A stretch of 62,961 bases of DNA, counting the filler, from Octopus bimaculoides (lineage: Eukaryota), in assembly GCF_001194135.2 (NCBI RefSeq). It is 5 parts of 4 records of this genome, joined end to end, with 100 filler letters (N's around TTAATTAATTAA, not from the genome) between each part and the next. Parts side by side here need not be neighbours in the genome. Positions count along the whole stretch, not along the records: positions 23,615 to 47,307 come from NC_068984.1; positions 47,408 to 59,684 come from NC_068982.1; 3 more parts are not named here. The stretch is one strand, 5' to 3'. Numbering within the stretch: the first letter of the stretch is position 1; the number at the start of each line of letters is the position of its first letter. The translations under genes and the position numbers were made by a program. The notes beneath the pieces were generated by a model, which saw only the letters and a list, made by a program, of their open reading frames with translations, was not told the DNA's origin and ran no database searches. This document shows positions 38,459 to 52,439 of the stretch, piece after piece.

Positions 38459-38599
38459 AAATCAGAACCTACCGCATGTAAATTAGAAATTAAATGTAAG
38501 TAGTAGAGGCAAATTACCAAAAAACTGTCAATTTGGTAATATCGGGATACAGGATCGTTATCGGTTTGCTGTCACCACCCGTCATATATTCAATGAGAA

Positions 38600-38880
38600 A
38601 GCTCGTCAAAAAGGAGATACTATCTCTGTCAATCTCTTCAAATCAGCTAGGAAATACTCGCAAGGGAATAGGAGTTGAAAGAGGGCATTAGGAAATAATG
38701 TAATAACATATCTACAACACACCTCCGATTGACAGACGATAGCTTTCTCAGATAAGCTCTAGCAAAATCAGAACTAAATACGATTACTTCAACACGAGGT
38801 CTCATAAGTAACAATAAGGAAACAAAATACAAGTGGTATTAAACATCACCAAAAACAGACCTCTTGACATCGGAAACATA
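38600..38880 (+). mobile_element. Possible non-LTR RT remnant
   Basis: KGDTISVNLF resembles QGD.LSP.LF, with weak downstream similarity only. Confidence 0.35.
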
Positions 38881-38918
38881 AAACTCAGAGTATTGCCAAT
38901 TATGGGCATTTCTGTGGC

Positions 38919-38964
<46 letters not shown>

Positions 38965-39149
38965 TAGTTTACGCATAGCGAATTAAACTATTGGAAAAAT
39001 AAAACTAACAAGGGGCTACAAGTCACCTTAAATCCCCGAAACATAGCTAAGTATCCAAACCATCCTGAATAGTAGTTTTCTTGCGCTGCATTAACCTGCG
39101 TTTTATTATTATTTATTCTATCCATTTGTTCAAATATTTAGGGATAAAT

Positions 39150-40290
39150 GCTAATGCACCTATAAATAAAGGGATACATTGTAACCACATTTTCCTCAGC
39201 CTTTGTAACACAATGGTTAGTACTGGTGCTTGCTATTAACTCTAGACTTCTCACATTCTCTCACCATTCGGAAGTGCAAATTTAATTACCTGAAACTTTC
39301 TACACTGTCTGCCCGCAACTAATAATTCACGTCTTCCGTCCTCTATTATGCTATCAGTCTGAATATTAAAACCACCCAGTATCTTTTACATCTTACTTTC
39401 TTGCATTTTTCTAAGTTCATGATCATACCACTTAACTGTAACGTCAAATCCTAGCTTTCTACATAACACCCAATGGATTGTTTTCCCAGATTGACATGTC
39501 TTTTCTTGTATTTTATGTGTCTGCATACTAGTTTCACTAACTATATGAGTAAATTTTCTTTTTTAGATTTGTGTAATCTACATCGGCAATCTATCTCATT
39601 TTTGGTATCTTAGCATTTATTCATTTATTACTCAATGCCTGGTCTTCTGTTGCTCTTAATAAACTTTCTTCCTCTTGTTTCAGATTTCCTTTCTACAAAC
39701 AAAACCATGTCTTACTATTAATATTTCCTGTAAGTATATTTGCAAATATGCTGCAAAGTCTTCTCTTCATGGTCAGATAATCATGCTACTGTTTTTCTTG
39801 TGTTTAACAACGTTTGGCTGTTTGGTTTCCCTTTCGCCTCCTGTTACAGTAGCAGATGTTAATAATTATATTTCTTGAAAATTACATACAAAAGTGTTTA
39901 TGATTGCTCTAGCTAATTTCACGAAGTCTTCTATTGATATTAAACTGTTAATAACTTCGTTACTTAAATATTATATTGCTACTCCAACTCTAGGATGAAA
40001 TCTTTTTATATTGAATTCCTCCCTAGCTCTGTGTCGATTTGCTAATTCGATTTATGTTCAAGCTACAAAAGCTACTGAATATTTAAGTAACGATATTACC
40101 CAATTAATTATAGCCTCCACTTGATTACGACTATTTAGCTTGACTTCACTACGTTCCTCACCCTTCTCCCATACTCCTTTTGAACTTTCTCTGTTATTTC
40201 TATAATTAGTACTCTGGCAGATTCTATACTCTTAACTTTCTCCTACTTTGAAAGATGTATGCTTTCATTATTTCATATACGATCGCTCAA
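39150..40290 (-). mobile_element. R4/Dong-like remnant (RT C-terminus to REL), old
   Basis: KVQKEYGRRVRNVVKSKLNSRNQVEAI, ESLLRATEDQAL, YKKRHVNLGK. Confidence 0.75.
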
Positions 40291-40309
40291 CAGATTAAAC
40301 TGTTGTAAA

Positions 40310-40980
40310 ATAGAAAGACCTAACATCGGGCTACAACATGTAAACTCAGATGCCAAGAACCCTCCAAAGTATCTTAGCTGTCCCTAATAACACTATTTTT
40401 TGGAGCTGGGTTTCTTGCTTATTTCCTCCATCCATCTGATGAATTATAGTTCTCAATGGACCTATAAATACGAGGATGCATTTTACCCGCAATTCTCTAA
40501 TTCAATGGCTAGGACCTGGTACTTTTCTATTTTTTCTACATCTCTCATATTGACTTTCCCACCATTTGGGACTGTTATGTTAATCATCTGGTACTTTCTA
40601 TTCTTTTTATCTACTATTACTACATCAGGCTTTCTAGCGTCTATTACTCTGTTAGTCTGAATATTAAGGTCCCTTATATTTCTTACTTTCAAGTACATTA
40701 CTAGGTTCAGGTTCATTTTATTTATCAGTATGTTCAAATCCTAGCTTTCAACATAAACCCAAGTGGATTACTCACCCTAGTTTGTCTGGTACTTTTCTAT
40801 TTTCTCTATACCTCTCACATTGGTTTTGTCACTGTAAAGTCGATTATTTGACTCTTTCTATTCTCTTTATCTACTGCTAGTAAGTCTTGTCCTTATAACT
40901 TCTATTACTCTGTCAGTGTCAAGGTTAAAGTTTCATAATACCTTACATTTCTTACTTTCTACTAGGTTCGCTTTCAAAAC
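40310..40980 (-). mobile_element. Two stacked R4/Dong-like REL/3' fragments (40310-40770 and 40780-40980)
   Basis: NIQTNRVIDARKPDVVIVDKK...KIEKYQVLAIEL...QKIVLLGTAKIL; 40780-40980 repeats the same motif block. Confidence 0.8.
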
Positions 40981-42469
40981 ATTATTAGAAAGCATTTGCT
41001 AGACACTTACTCAGAAATTAAGTGGTATCTGATGATATATTTCATTCTATCCTTGACTGAAAAAAAGAACTATAATAATCGGCGTTTTAGGTACGAGACT
41101 TAACTTTCCCTATTGATGTATATTTATTACACCGTGTAATTACGTATATTTCCCTTAGGCGTAGTCCAGTGCACTTGGAGGGATATCGTCTTGTCTTTCT
41201 AACTTCATTACTTCTTGCAACCTGCTTTTTGATATCCAAGTGTAAGGTAAACAATGTTATAAATTGATATGTAGGAGTGTTAGCCCCCATTCCCGTTTAT
41301 CGGGGCCTTATTTAACTATGAGTGTGTATCTTGTTTGAATTTATATCTGTAATTGTGGAGATTATTTGCTGCTGGGCTTTTGTTAATGCACAATGTACAT
41401 GAAAAGACCACAATAAGTACTTTGTGATATTTACTTGGAGATGGAGATTTTTGCAGTGTACAGATCATGATGGAGTTTCTACCATCTTATGAAAAAGAAC
41501 AAAATCTTACACAAAATAACGCCAAATTTTACGAAAATCCATATTGGTGAAGAAAATATTTAATCAGAGGTATACTTGTGGTACAGATCTGAATATCACA
41601 GCCAAAACGACATCGACAATAGGATATTGCTCTATTTTCTGAACGGGTAGTTCGATGTTCCTAGATCTAGTATACATAGATGTAAGTACTTGCAATATAG
41701 TAAGGAAAACACATCACAGGAAGCAACTGCTACATTTTTTCCTTAGGTTTCAGTCTATTTTTCATCGGTTTCTTAGTATCTTCCCAGAGGCCGGTGTTCG
41801 AGTTTTAGCACAGAATAAAAAGAAAATATGAAAGTGCATAATTAAAGAGTTGAGTTAGTTGTCTCTGAATAGTTATAAAAAGTAAAACTAAAATGTTAGT
41901 TAAAACTGTCGAATGTAAAGCATAATCATAAACATTGAATTTGTATTATTGGGAATATGAAACTTTAAAGACAAAATTGAAGTACTTTACTTGTAGCCAA
42001 GAAAGTATATCGATCTCGGTCTATATTAACTACAGGTTCAATACAGTGAACATTTCGTTAAACATATTGTCATGTGAATCGAAATCGCACCCGTAATTCC
42101 GTACTTATTCTTCATAAGCTTCTATAACCTAAGATTTTACTGAGAAGAAAACCTTCAGAAAAGTTCTAAATAAATTACATATAAATAAAAGATTGCATTT
42201 TTCCATACGTGCTTTAATGCAATGCTAAACTGAATATATTTTCAAATGTACCAATGTTTGAGGGATATTCTAAAACAAGATTCTCCAAACTTATTAGAAA
42301 CCATGTAAGTAGATATTGCGATTTGAGAAAACCTAACTGAACACAAATATGTGCTTCAGCCTGATAGCAATGAAATTATTAGTAATTACTCTTATTTAGT
42401 TGTGAATCAAAATTGTATGAAACTGTATATCAAACATAGGCGTATTCCAGAAATTTCGCTATCATTACT

Positions 42470-42471
42470 CA

Positions 42472-42502
<31 letters not shown>

Positions 42503-42620
42503 GGTGATGATGATGATGACGTTGATAATGATGATGATGACGATGATGATGATGGTGATGATGATGATGATGATGATGATGATGGTAATAATAATGATGA
42601 TGATAATAATGATCATATAT
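42470..42620. repeat. (TTA)n(GAT)n compound microsatellite
   Basis: Direct reading. Confidence 0.95.
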
Positions 42621-44026
42621 TATCATGGTGTTTCGTGGAATTGCATAATGAATACCGTCTCAGATTAAATGATGTAGATTATTTAATTGTATTAATTTGC
42701 CGTCTGAGTTAGAATCTCGCTGAAATAAATTCTGCTTTCATCACTCGGAATGTGATTAAATAAGTACTAATCAAATACTTGTTTCTATTCATCAAGATAC
42801 ACTTCTTCCTCAAAACTGCCATTTTCTGAAAATGATAGCAATCATTATCAATGATGATATTTCAATCGTTACATTAACAGTAGAAATTTGCCCCAAATCA
42901 GACTGAATAGAAATAGTAAGTGGATGTATTTGAATTTAGAGCTGGCATTAATGTGGCAAATAGTCGATGTGATTTCATAGAGAAGTTTCTAATAACTGCA
43001 TTTTGCCTGAAGAAAAAACCGAAGTGTCCATAATTTACTCATAACATAGGTAATAAACACAGTAATGTATTTGTTGCAAGTCTCTAGTTTCTCGGGAATC
43101 ACTAAAGCATTCAATTTATAATGGTTACTAACTTTGGCACACGACTACTTAATTTTGGGTAGAATATATGAGATTAAAAGGCGCCAGTACTTTATGGCTT
43201 TGGACACAGAAGTATAAAAGGCAAATATGATCCTGACAGCATTGAAAGTATAACGTAAAAGATATTAACTAAAGACGACAATATATTTTTCTGATGCACC
43301 TTTGATTCTGTATCACTCGTATTTATTTGTTTATTATGCACCTATATTTGATTTTTTTTAAAGTTCTCAAAATAACAGTCAATTAAATTGTATAATGAAT
43401 AATTTGATGTACATAACTTACAGTAATGTATGTAAAATGGCGCGTTTGGATGGCATGGGGTAGATTGTGTTGGTTAGACGAAAATAGTAACCATTTGAAT
43501 ATCTATATACATTGTGTTAACTTAGGAATCAAATGCAATATCTGGCGTAGGATTACCCTCTCAGTTTCTCACACTTTTAATCCTTGTTCATCTTCGTGTA
43601 ATAGAAAGAGAAATATCAACTTTTACAGGAAAATATTGTTATATCGGCAGGTTAATATGCGATCAGATTTCTATTGATTTAACAGCAATATATTTTCTGC
43701 AACCACAAATGATTTCCAAGCAGTTCAAGATCACCTTTGCGCTGTTAACGTTTATAAGTAGTTCCATATATTTCTTTCACATTTCATTAAATTGAATGTC
43801 AAAGGAGAAAGTAACACTGATTTGAGCAAGATTTATTGTGCAGATCGATACTGTACAGTGAAGATTAGATGTCTTGCTTGTCATCAAACATAGATACTAT
43901 ATTCAGTGTAGCAGCAATTTACTGCAGACAATCAAAACACATTCATTGGATTGTATATGAGAACAGCAACCGAGTGAAGTATAACAGTTACTTCACAAAT
44001 CTGTCAACTGATTTCCATAGCTATAC

Positions 44027-44058
<32 letters not shown>

Positions 44059-44259
44059 NNNNNNNNNNNNNNNNNNNNNNNNNNNNNNNNNNNNNNNNNN
44101 NNNNNNNNNNNNNNNNNNNNNNNNNNNNNNNNNNNNNNNNNNNNNNNNNNNNNNNNNNNNNNNNNNNNNNNNNNNNNNNNNNNNNNNNNTATATATGCAT
44201 ATATATGTGTGCATATACGGACACGTTTATGTGTTCGTTTCAAATGTTGGTAGAATGCC

Positions 44260-44410
44260 ACCAAATTCGGGGGAGTGGTAACTTGATTTTATCGGCACCA
44301 CCGCTCAACTGATAATTATTTTGTGGCTCCCGTCTCTAGTGGCATTTGAACTCAGAGCGTAAACGTGTCTCCCGGCGTGCTAATGGTTCTGCTAGCTCGC
44401 CGCCTTAACT
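44260..44410 (-). mobile_element. Family A SINE, degenerate
   Basis: TTTGAACTCAGAGCGTAA...GTGCTAATGGTTCTGCTAGCTCGCCGCCTTAA. Confidence 0.8.
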
Positions 44411-44649
44411 ACATGAAACACTATCTTCACCAATTGTACCACCACGATAGCTGATAAAACAATGGAGAAATCTTGCTCCCTCTTTAAATAAAGTAGTTTA
44501 ATTATTCTTGAAATCTGAAGTGATAAATATTTCTTATCGAACCTCCGAAACCTAAGTAAATTGCTATGGTTATGAGACACTATCCTTGATATACACTAAA
44601 TCTAGATACATCAAAAGCTTATTAGTAATCTTATTATTATACTCGTTTT

Positions 44650-44862
44650 GAAGGCGGCGAGCTGGCAGAATAGTTAGCACTTCGGGCGAAAGGCTTAGCG
44701 GTGCGCTCTGACGATACATTCTGAATTCAAATTCCACCAAGGTCGACTCTACATTTCACCCTTCGATGAAATAAATACCAGTTACGCACTGGCAGCGACG
44801 TAATGGACTAGTCTCCTTTCCCCCAAAATATTTTCAAGTCCTTGTTCCTGGAGTAGAAATAA
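44650..44862 (+). mobile_element. Family A SINE, full length
   Basis: AAGGCGGCGAGCTGGCAGAATAGTTAGCAC...TAGAAATAATTATT. Confidence 0.9.
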
Positions 44863-45189
44863 TTATTATATTCGTTTTGAATACCTAGCCAATCATTAAT
44901 CGAGTCTATATTGAAGGCCTATAGAATCTGTAATATTGTTTTATTAAATTGCTTTATCCTCACAAAGAAAATCAGATAAATTAAACTCATCTTTAATATT
45001 TAAATGTTACAAAATATAACGGTGTGTACGAAGACATAATCTGGCAGATATATCACTGAATTTAACACATACGTGGTCAGATTATTCTTTTCAATACTTT
45101 CACTAAAACATGCAATTCATAAGATATTTTTTTACGATTGCAATAAAACTTTCTACTTCCCCAACACACATAATCTCGGTTCATAATCT

Positions 45190-45320
45190 GCCGAGGTCGA
45201 CATTCTCTATCATCCTTTCGGGGTCGATAAATTATGTACCAGTTAAACACTGGGATTGATATCATCGATTAGACCCCTCCCACCAAAATGTTAGGCCTTG
45301 TGCCTTTAGAAGAAAGGATA
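45190..45320 (+). mobile_element. Family A SINE, 3' part
   Basis: CCGAGGTCGAC...CATCCTTTCGGGGTCGATAAATT...GGCCTTGTGCCTTTAGAAGAAAGGAT. Confidence 0.88.
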
Positions 45321-47205
45321 TTATGGATTTGGTTATTTATACGTCATATTTCTTCCTTTGAACAAGAAAAATAAAGTATCATCTACCAAATTGAAACTTT
45401 CCTTTTGTTTCATGGCACAGGTTTTTCAACATAATAGTCATGAGAATTCCCAAAAGTTATTGGACAACAATTGACTAAGTGGGATTTAGTAGCTTCCTCA
45501 CTTGTACTCCACTTAAGCAAAAGCGAATCTAGTGTAGAGTTTCCTTTATATAATGTCATATTAGAAAATAAATACATATATTTTAGGATACATTTTCATT
45601 TCACGTTATATTACTAAAATCTTATTTACACAAACTGTTATCTCTTTAAATAATATGCAGCGCTTTCATTGCTTTTCTCTATGACATTTCCCAAGCTTTC
45701 AGTCCACTGGCACAAAAATAATTATGAATGAAATTCACAAGAATGGTGTTATAACTACTGTGTAGGTATCAATATATTTTCAATTACAAATTCATTGTGC
45801 ATATTCACGTGTGACTAGTTAAATATTTGTGAGTGTATCAGGGCCTATATGTTATTTCTGACTCTTTTCCTTTTATTCCACTACACATCATACGTTCATA
45901 TTCATGTAGATTGATATAATTTTCCATCAACTGATACGTTTGACTGTCGTGTCAAAATTAGTTAATGAAATATAAGGTGTTGCGATCAACGTTAAACAAA
46001 CCAAATCGTTGATTATTCTTTATCCACCAAAGAAATACTGATTGATTCGAAATAAACATAAAATAAACATTTACTTCGCTTTTTACTGAATCTTGCAATG
46101 ACATTTTTCATTATAACAACCATGAACTCAATACTAAATCTGAATTTTACCTTATGTTGTCTAAACTCAATAGTGGTTACTTATATTTGATATTCTGGTC
46201 GAAAATATAATTTTTCACCTGCTCCTGGGAAATTTTAAACACAAACCAGTAAGGAACTTTTGCTACAAAAGAATTTCATCTCAAGCTGAATAAACATCAG
46301 AAAAATTACATATATGAAATCACATAAAATAATTAACTGATACTAAAAAAATATAATTTCTGAGATTTTGAAAAGAAAATTTTAATAATTTCTTGCTGTA
46401 AAAAAATATTCCAGTTTAGGTTTATAAAAATTTTAAGATAAAGTATAACGTTCTACGCTTAAGTTATCCAGTAGAAAATGTTTAAAGCTAACAAACTATT
46501 TCTGTTATGTAATATTATATTTGAAAAATTGTATCAAATTTGTTGTTATGAACAGCTGCTGCAGCGACTGCTGCTTGTACAGGAGTATCTCAAAAATGTT
46601 TAGAAAATAGTTACTGTAATAATGAAATTTTAGAAATACGAAAATTCACACAATTTGAGACAGGGTACATTCCATTGTATCGAATTATGTACATTACTGG
46701 TTTCGATTTTAATATTTACAGAATGAGGAAACATGTAATGTGATTAGTTGGTTGAATAGCGAAGTAATGTAAATTCAGCAACATGCATCCATGTAAACAT
46801 TCCACATATCATGACGTCGTAAGATTTTGTCAGTATGATTATGGGTTTTACAACATACACTCGTCTCTGCAATACGACGCGGGTTGATCATGTTTATGCA
46901 TATGTCAAAGGGTTTTCATACCAAGCGCAGCAATTCAAAGAAGGTGTCATTGCTTACAACAATAACTGTTGTAATGTATGTTAAGTGAGGTTGTTGTAAA
47001 TTAGATTCCAACTATTTTACAACAGTAAAACATGGAACGTTATTATAGTATCTTGGTCGAATCACACATTAATAGGCTAATGATAAAAAATGGCAGTAAT
47101 AATGTTTCATTTCTATCTAATAAATACACAGATATGCATTCCCCTAACAATTTGCTAACATACGCCACCAACACGATCATGCACTACCACCATCCCCACC
47201 ATCAC

Positions 47206-47288
<83 letters not shown>

Positions 47289-47407
47289 AAGAAGAAGAAG
47301 AAGAAGANNNNNNNNNNNNNNNNNNNNNNNNNNNNNNNNNNNNNNNNNNNNTTAATTAATTAANNNNNNNNNNNNNNNNNNNNNNNNNNNNNNNNNNNNN
47401 NNNNNNN

Positions 47408-47454
<47 letters not shown>

Positions 47455-47507
47455 TATACATTGCCTTATAAATATTCATTACTAGTAGTCTTCTTAGCCC
47501 ACAAATA

Positions 47508-47548
<41 letters not shown>

Positions 47549-48062
47549 TGTATGTGTGTGTGTATATGTGTGTGTATGTGTGTATGTGTGTATGTATGTA
47601 TGTATGTATTATGTATGTATGTATGTATGTATGTATGTATGTATGTATGTATGTATGCAGCTTACTGTTCCGCTGAGGTAAGACAACAAAAACAGTTCTC
47701 TATCCAGTGAGAGATAAATATCTTTTAATATGCGTAGTATAAATATATAAGCTACTAATAGTTCCTTGCTTTCTGACCAACTGGTCTAGACAGTTTTTTT
47801 ATAAAACGCCTGGTTTCTCGAAGCAATATTGGGACCCGGAGCAAAAGGAGTATACTATTTGCAAACCAGGACGGTGGTATAAGAGAAATCACGAGAAAAA
47901 AAAAACTAGTAGAACGTATATGAATCTCCTTCCTACTTGTGTATTTTTTTTTCGTGATAGCTTGGAGAAGCAAGACATTTTATAAAACACTGCCTAAATC
48001 CGTGTCGCCAAGGCAAGAAACTATTAGTACATATAACTATTAGTATCTTTAACTGTGTACAT

Positions 48063-48115
<53 letters not shown>

Positions 48116-48637
48116 ACGCGCACAGCTACATTTACAGAGACAGGAATTGATGTATAGAGTAACTGAATGGCAGATAAAAATCCATTCTGTATCGTATCTT
48201 TCTTTATGCTGTGGGCGCTTTTATTTCTTTCATGTTTTCACCAGCTATCTTCGAAGCGATCAGGAGAGAGATCAGCTGAAATAATCGGAACTACGTGTGA
48301 GAGTATGGTGTCACAAAGAAAATTTGCCTCACTCAACCAAGCCTGTACCTTGAAACCAACGTAATTATTCNNNNNNNNNNNNNNNNNNNNNNNNNNNNNN
48401 NNNNNNNNNNNNNNNNNNNNNNNNNNNNNNNNNNNNNNNNNNNNNNNNNNNNNNNNNNNNNNNNNNNNNNNNNNNNNNNNNNNNNNNNNNNNNNNNNNNN
48501 NNNNNNNNNNNNNNNNNNNNNATATATATATATATATATATATATACACTGACAGGTATATATATATATATATACTAATTTTAAATTATATAAATAATTA
48601 AAATAAAAGGTGCGGATCGACCACACTAACACGCTAG

Positions 48638-48945
48638 AAGTAGATGCCAAAATGACTCTGCAACCACCTCAAAACTCCATTAGCGCGGGTTGTAAGCGAG
48701 CAGATGAAAAAGTAATTAAAGTGTATATATATGGTCGTGCGAATACGGTGTTCGTACGAGTATGTATGGATATTTGCATATGTATATTTTGACATATTGT
48801 ACTGAAGATAACAAGGTGTTTTATATCGTTAAGTTCGAAATCGATTGATCAATTGATCAAAAAAGTCTTGTTTCTTCATCTGCGCGCTTACAATCCGTAC
48901 TAATAGTGTACCGACGTGGTTTTACAGTCATTTTGGCGTCTACGT
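48638..48945. repeat. Imperfect inverted repeat, ~70-bp arms
   Basis: TAGATGCCAAAATGACT...GTAAGCGAGCAGATGAA (48638-48710) versus reverse complement of 48874-48945. Confidence 0.8.
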
Positions 48946-49362
48946 GTTTTATTGCCTGTAAGGTTTTTAATTCAGGCTGGCCACTTGATAAAATGATTAA
49001 AGTGACTTCATCCTTAATTCTATATAAAGAAAATATATATAAATATATATATTTCATTACGTGATAAATAATCCAAGAGAAAATATTTGCGAATATATTA
49101 TTGACTCTGTTATTATCTAGTGTAACAATTAAAAGTGATAATAGAAGAATCAACAATATAGGTAATTGCAGGCCCAAAAAAGCATTAAATCGCTGAAGGA
49201 TTAAAATTAATCAAGGGATACACGAAGTAGGTCTACTTGTTGGAATTCACAGTCAAAGCTTGTATTTAAATCGCCGAAAAATTTTATGATAACTACAGAA
49301 ATCCAGCGCTTGCGGGTAAACGGGCTAAGACAATCTCTCAACATACATTCAAGTATTTGCAC

Positions 49363-49417
49363 TCACGTGGACTGGTTTCTGGACTGGCATTAGAACCTCA
49401 CATTCTTCAGATTGCGT
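49363..49417 (-). ncRNA. Hammerhead-like motif, partner arm
   Basis: CUGAAGA-A-UG...CA-GAA-ACCAGU-C-CACGUG; core intact, 5' arm of stem I mutated. Confidence 0.4.
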
Positions 49418-49770
49418 TACCATGATGGAAAGCTCCAACCCGCCACGTTGAAGTCTGCGGTGCAACTGATTCGCTATGAGCCGCATCGTGGCAGCCACCA
49501 TGTGGAAATAGTCTCAATACGGAATAAATAATTCAGGAGAAAATATTTACGGAGAAACAGGCTAACACAATCTCTCAACGTACTATTATCATTTTTAATT
49601 ATTACACTAGATAATAACAAAGTCAATAATATATTCGCAAATATTTTCTTCTGAATTATTTCCTCCGTATTGAAGATATTTTGACACTGGTGGCTGCCAG
49701 GATTCGGTGCAAAACGAATCAGTTGCAGCGTAGATTTCAACGAGGCATTTTATGACTTTCCATCATGGTA

Positions 49771-49825
49771 ACGCGTGCTGAGGAATGTGAGGCTATAATG
49801 CCAGTCCAGAAACCGGTCCACATGT
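49771..49825 (+). ncRNA. Type I hammerhead-like motif
   Basis: ACGCGUG-CUGAGGA-A-UG...GGC-UAUAAU-GCC...CA-GAA-ACCGGU-C-CACAUGU: intact core, 6-nt palindromic stem III, stem I 6 of 7 pairs, bulged stem II. Confidence 0.62.
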
Positions 49826-49974
49826 GTCCAAATACTTGAATGTATGTAGAAATTGACGGTTTGCCTGCAGACGGTTGGTTTCTGTAGTTATCATCAAATG
49901 TTTTCGGTGATTTAAATAAGAGTTTCGACTGTTATTTCCAGCAGGTAGACATACTAAGTATGTCCTTGGATTAA

Positions 49975-50399
49975 TTTTAATCTTTCAGCTATATATCTGT
50001 TTCGATTATTTTACTGCGACCATGCTAGAGCACCACCTTAAGGGGTTTTATTCGAACAAATCGCCCCCAGGACTTATTCTTTGTAAGCCTCTTACTTATT
50101 CTATCAGGGTTTTTTGCCGAACCACTAAGTTACGGGATCATAAACACACAGACATCGGTTGTCAAATGTTGCTGGGACCACAAACGCAGACGAACACACA
50201 AATATATATACACGCACACATATGTACGCGCGTGTGTGTGCGTACACAGGCTTCTTTCAGTTTCCGTCTACCAAATTCACTCACAAGGCTTTGATCGGCC
50301 CGCGGCTATAGTAAGAAACAACATGCGCAAGGTGTCACGCAGTGGGATTGAACCCCCGGAACCATGTTGTTGGGAAGCAAGCTTTTAATCACGCAGTTA

Positions 50400-50400
<1 letters not shown>
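49975..50400 (-). mobile_element. Family B SINE, full length
   Basis: GGCTTCTTTCAGTTTCCGTCTACCAAATTCACTCACAAGGCTTTG on +, with head and 3' end recognisable. Confidence 0.9.
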
Positions 50401-50457
<57 letters not shown>

Positions 50458-52439
50458 AAATATATATTCTTCTATTCTTTTATATATTTCTGCCTTCAGG
50501 CTGCGGCCATGCTGGGGCACCATATATGCACATATATATATATATATATATATATATCTTAAAAGTTTCTCTTTTGAAGGTGAATAAAGCTTTTCTTGAT
50601 GTACGTATATGGTATTATGATATGGATCATTATACTAGGTTTCGATAACAGTGTATAAGCTTTTACTGCATTATTGCTGACATCTTGATTAATATCACTA
50701 AAGCACTGTTATTGCATTGATAATTGATAGCGCCACTATCGATTTACATCCTCCTTTGATGTTATGAATATTATATTCAATCGGAATAATAACTATGGTA
50801 CATACAGAGATGTCTAGAAGAATACATTTCTTTCTCCATAACACTGAACTGAACTCTGAGACACCAATGCTTATCGTACTACACTGTCTCTTATAAAAGC
50901 AAATTGTTTTTAAAGCTACAGTTGTCCATTGCATGAATTCATGTAATGCTAAAATTTAGTCTCAAAATGATCTCAACATGATCTATGTTGCTTTTATTGA
51001 CACGGCTTCTCAGTGGAATTCTTGTCCGGAATCCCCAAATATTTTGCTATAAATTCACACAGACATTCAACGTATTTTATTCTATTTTGGTGGCATTCTT
51101 TGCTTTCATATTTAAACACTAATTAACTATTTCAATACCACCTTAAACTACTCAGGGAATTCAGCAAATGGTTTTTAACGCAGCTTATACTGCTATAAGC
51201 GCATTAGACGCTTTTTTTAAGAGAGAAGAATCGACCAACACGATATAAACTTTTTGTAGGGAAAACAGAATGAGATCGTATCCAAATTAATTGTGGTTAA
51301 TTTTCAAATGAATCCAATACACAATACGACATTCTTCAGAATACAACAGATAAGAGTTCGGTTTGCCAAACCATTTCTTATTTAAAGTCGATGCTTCAAC
51401 GTCATTAAGAATATTGGATCGTGAAATATTTGAAAGAAGCGAAAGTCTGCATAATTCAATATTTCTGTAGATGAGTATATAGTTCTTTGCATAATTTGAA
51501 TGTGAATGTTTGCACATGAGATAAATTCTGAAACTTAAAGATTTAGGAAAGAATATAACTTTTGAAAATTTACCTGCTGAAAGGTTATTGATCTTTTTGA
51601 GATAAAACTTTCTGAACTCTACTTTGTTTTGCAAAAAACTACAGTTACAGTTTGTAAGTGATGTAGAAAATTCCATGAGGAAATTTGGTATGGATATTAA
51701 CTGTGAGCATCAATTGCGATGCAGCTAAATTGACATAAAAGTTTCATTTGAAATGATGATCAAAATGTAGATTCTGGAGTGACGACTGAGAGTAATAATT
51801 GTGTCGCACTTCAGTGATATGAATATAATGAATTATGACTTATTTCAGAAGTCCCTTTCACTGAAGATTGAAGCAAGGGCAAAGTTGGAAGAATTATTAG
51901 TTCATTGCATACTTCTGAAATAATAGAAAGACATTAAATACTTTCGAAATTTATTAAAGAGGAGCATGGTCAGGAATTGTAATTAATAATACAATGAGAA
52001 AGGAAAATGGTTTATTTGCAATGCTAGAACATTTCCCATTCCTTAAACGTTGTATTACTAAGGTTATGATCTTTATGGAGCAACACGTCACTATTTAGAT
52101 AATGAATGGAGAACTTGGTCGCAAAATGCAACATTCATTTCTACGGGATTTATATTTGTTTCGATCAAAAAGAATTTTAAAATACTCAAATATCTTTATT
52201 GCTGAGAAAATATATTGAGAAAAGAATTGGACAACAAAGGAATAAATTTTTTAATAGTTTAATGAAATATTGAAAAATGAAATAAACATCAGAGATGCTT
52301 TGTCCCACGCATAAAATGCCGGAGCTACTCAGAGGTTTTTCTAGCACCTTTAAGTTCATTGCAATGCTGGAAACCCTTCCATATAGTCAGCGGGTATCTC
52401 CGTGGTCCCCAAGCATTTCGCCTCTTAGTCTCTAGGCTT

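Larger units (their letters stand above)
49341..49847. repeat. Long imperfect inverted repeat (~210-bp arms) with an HHR-like motif in each arm
   Basis: 49341-49551 versus 49636-49847; 49064-49144 is a further partial copy, inverted relative to 49583-49663. Confidence 0.9.
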
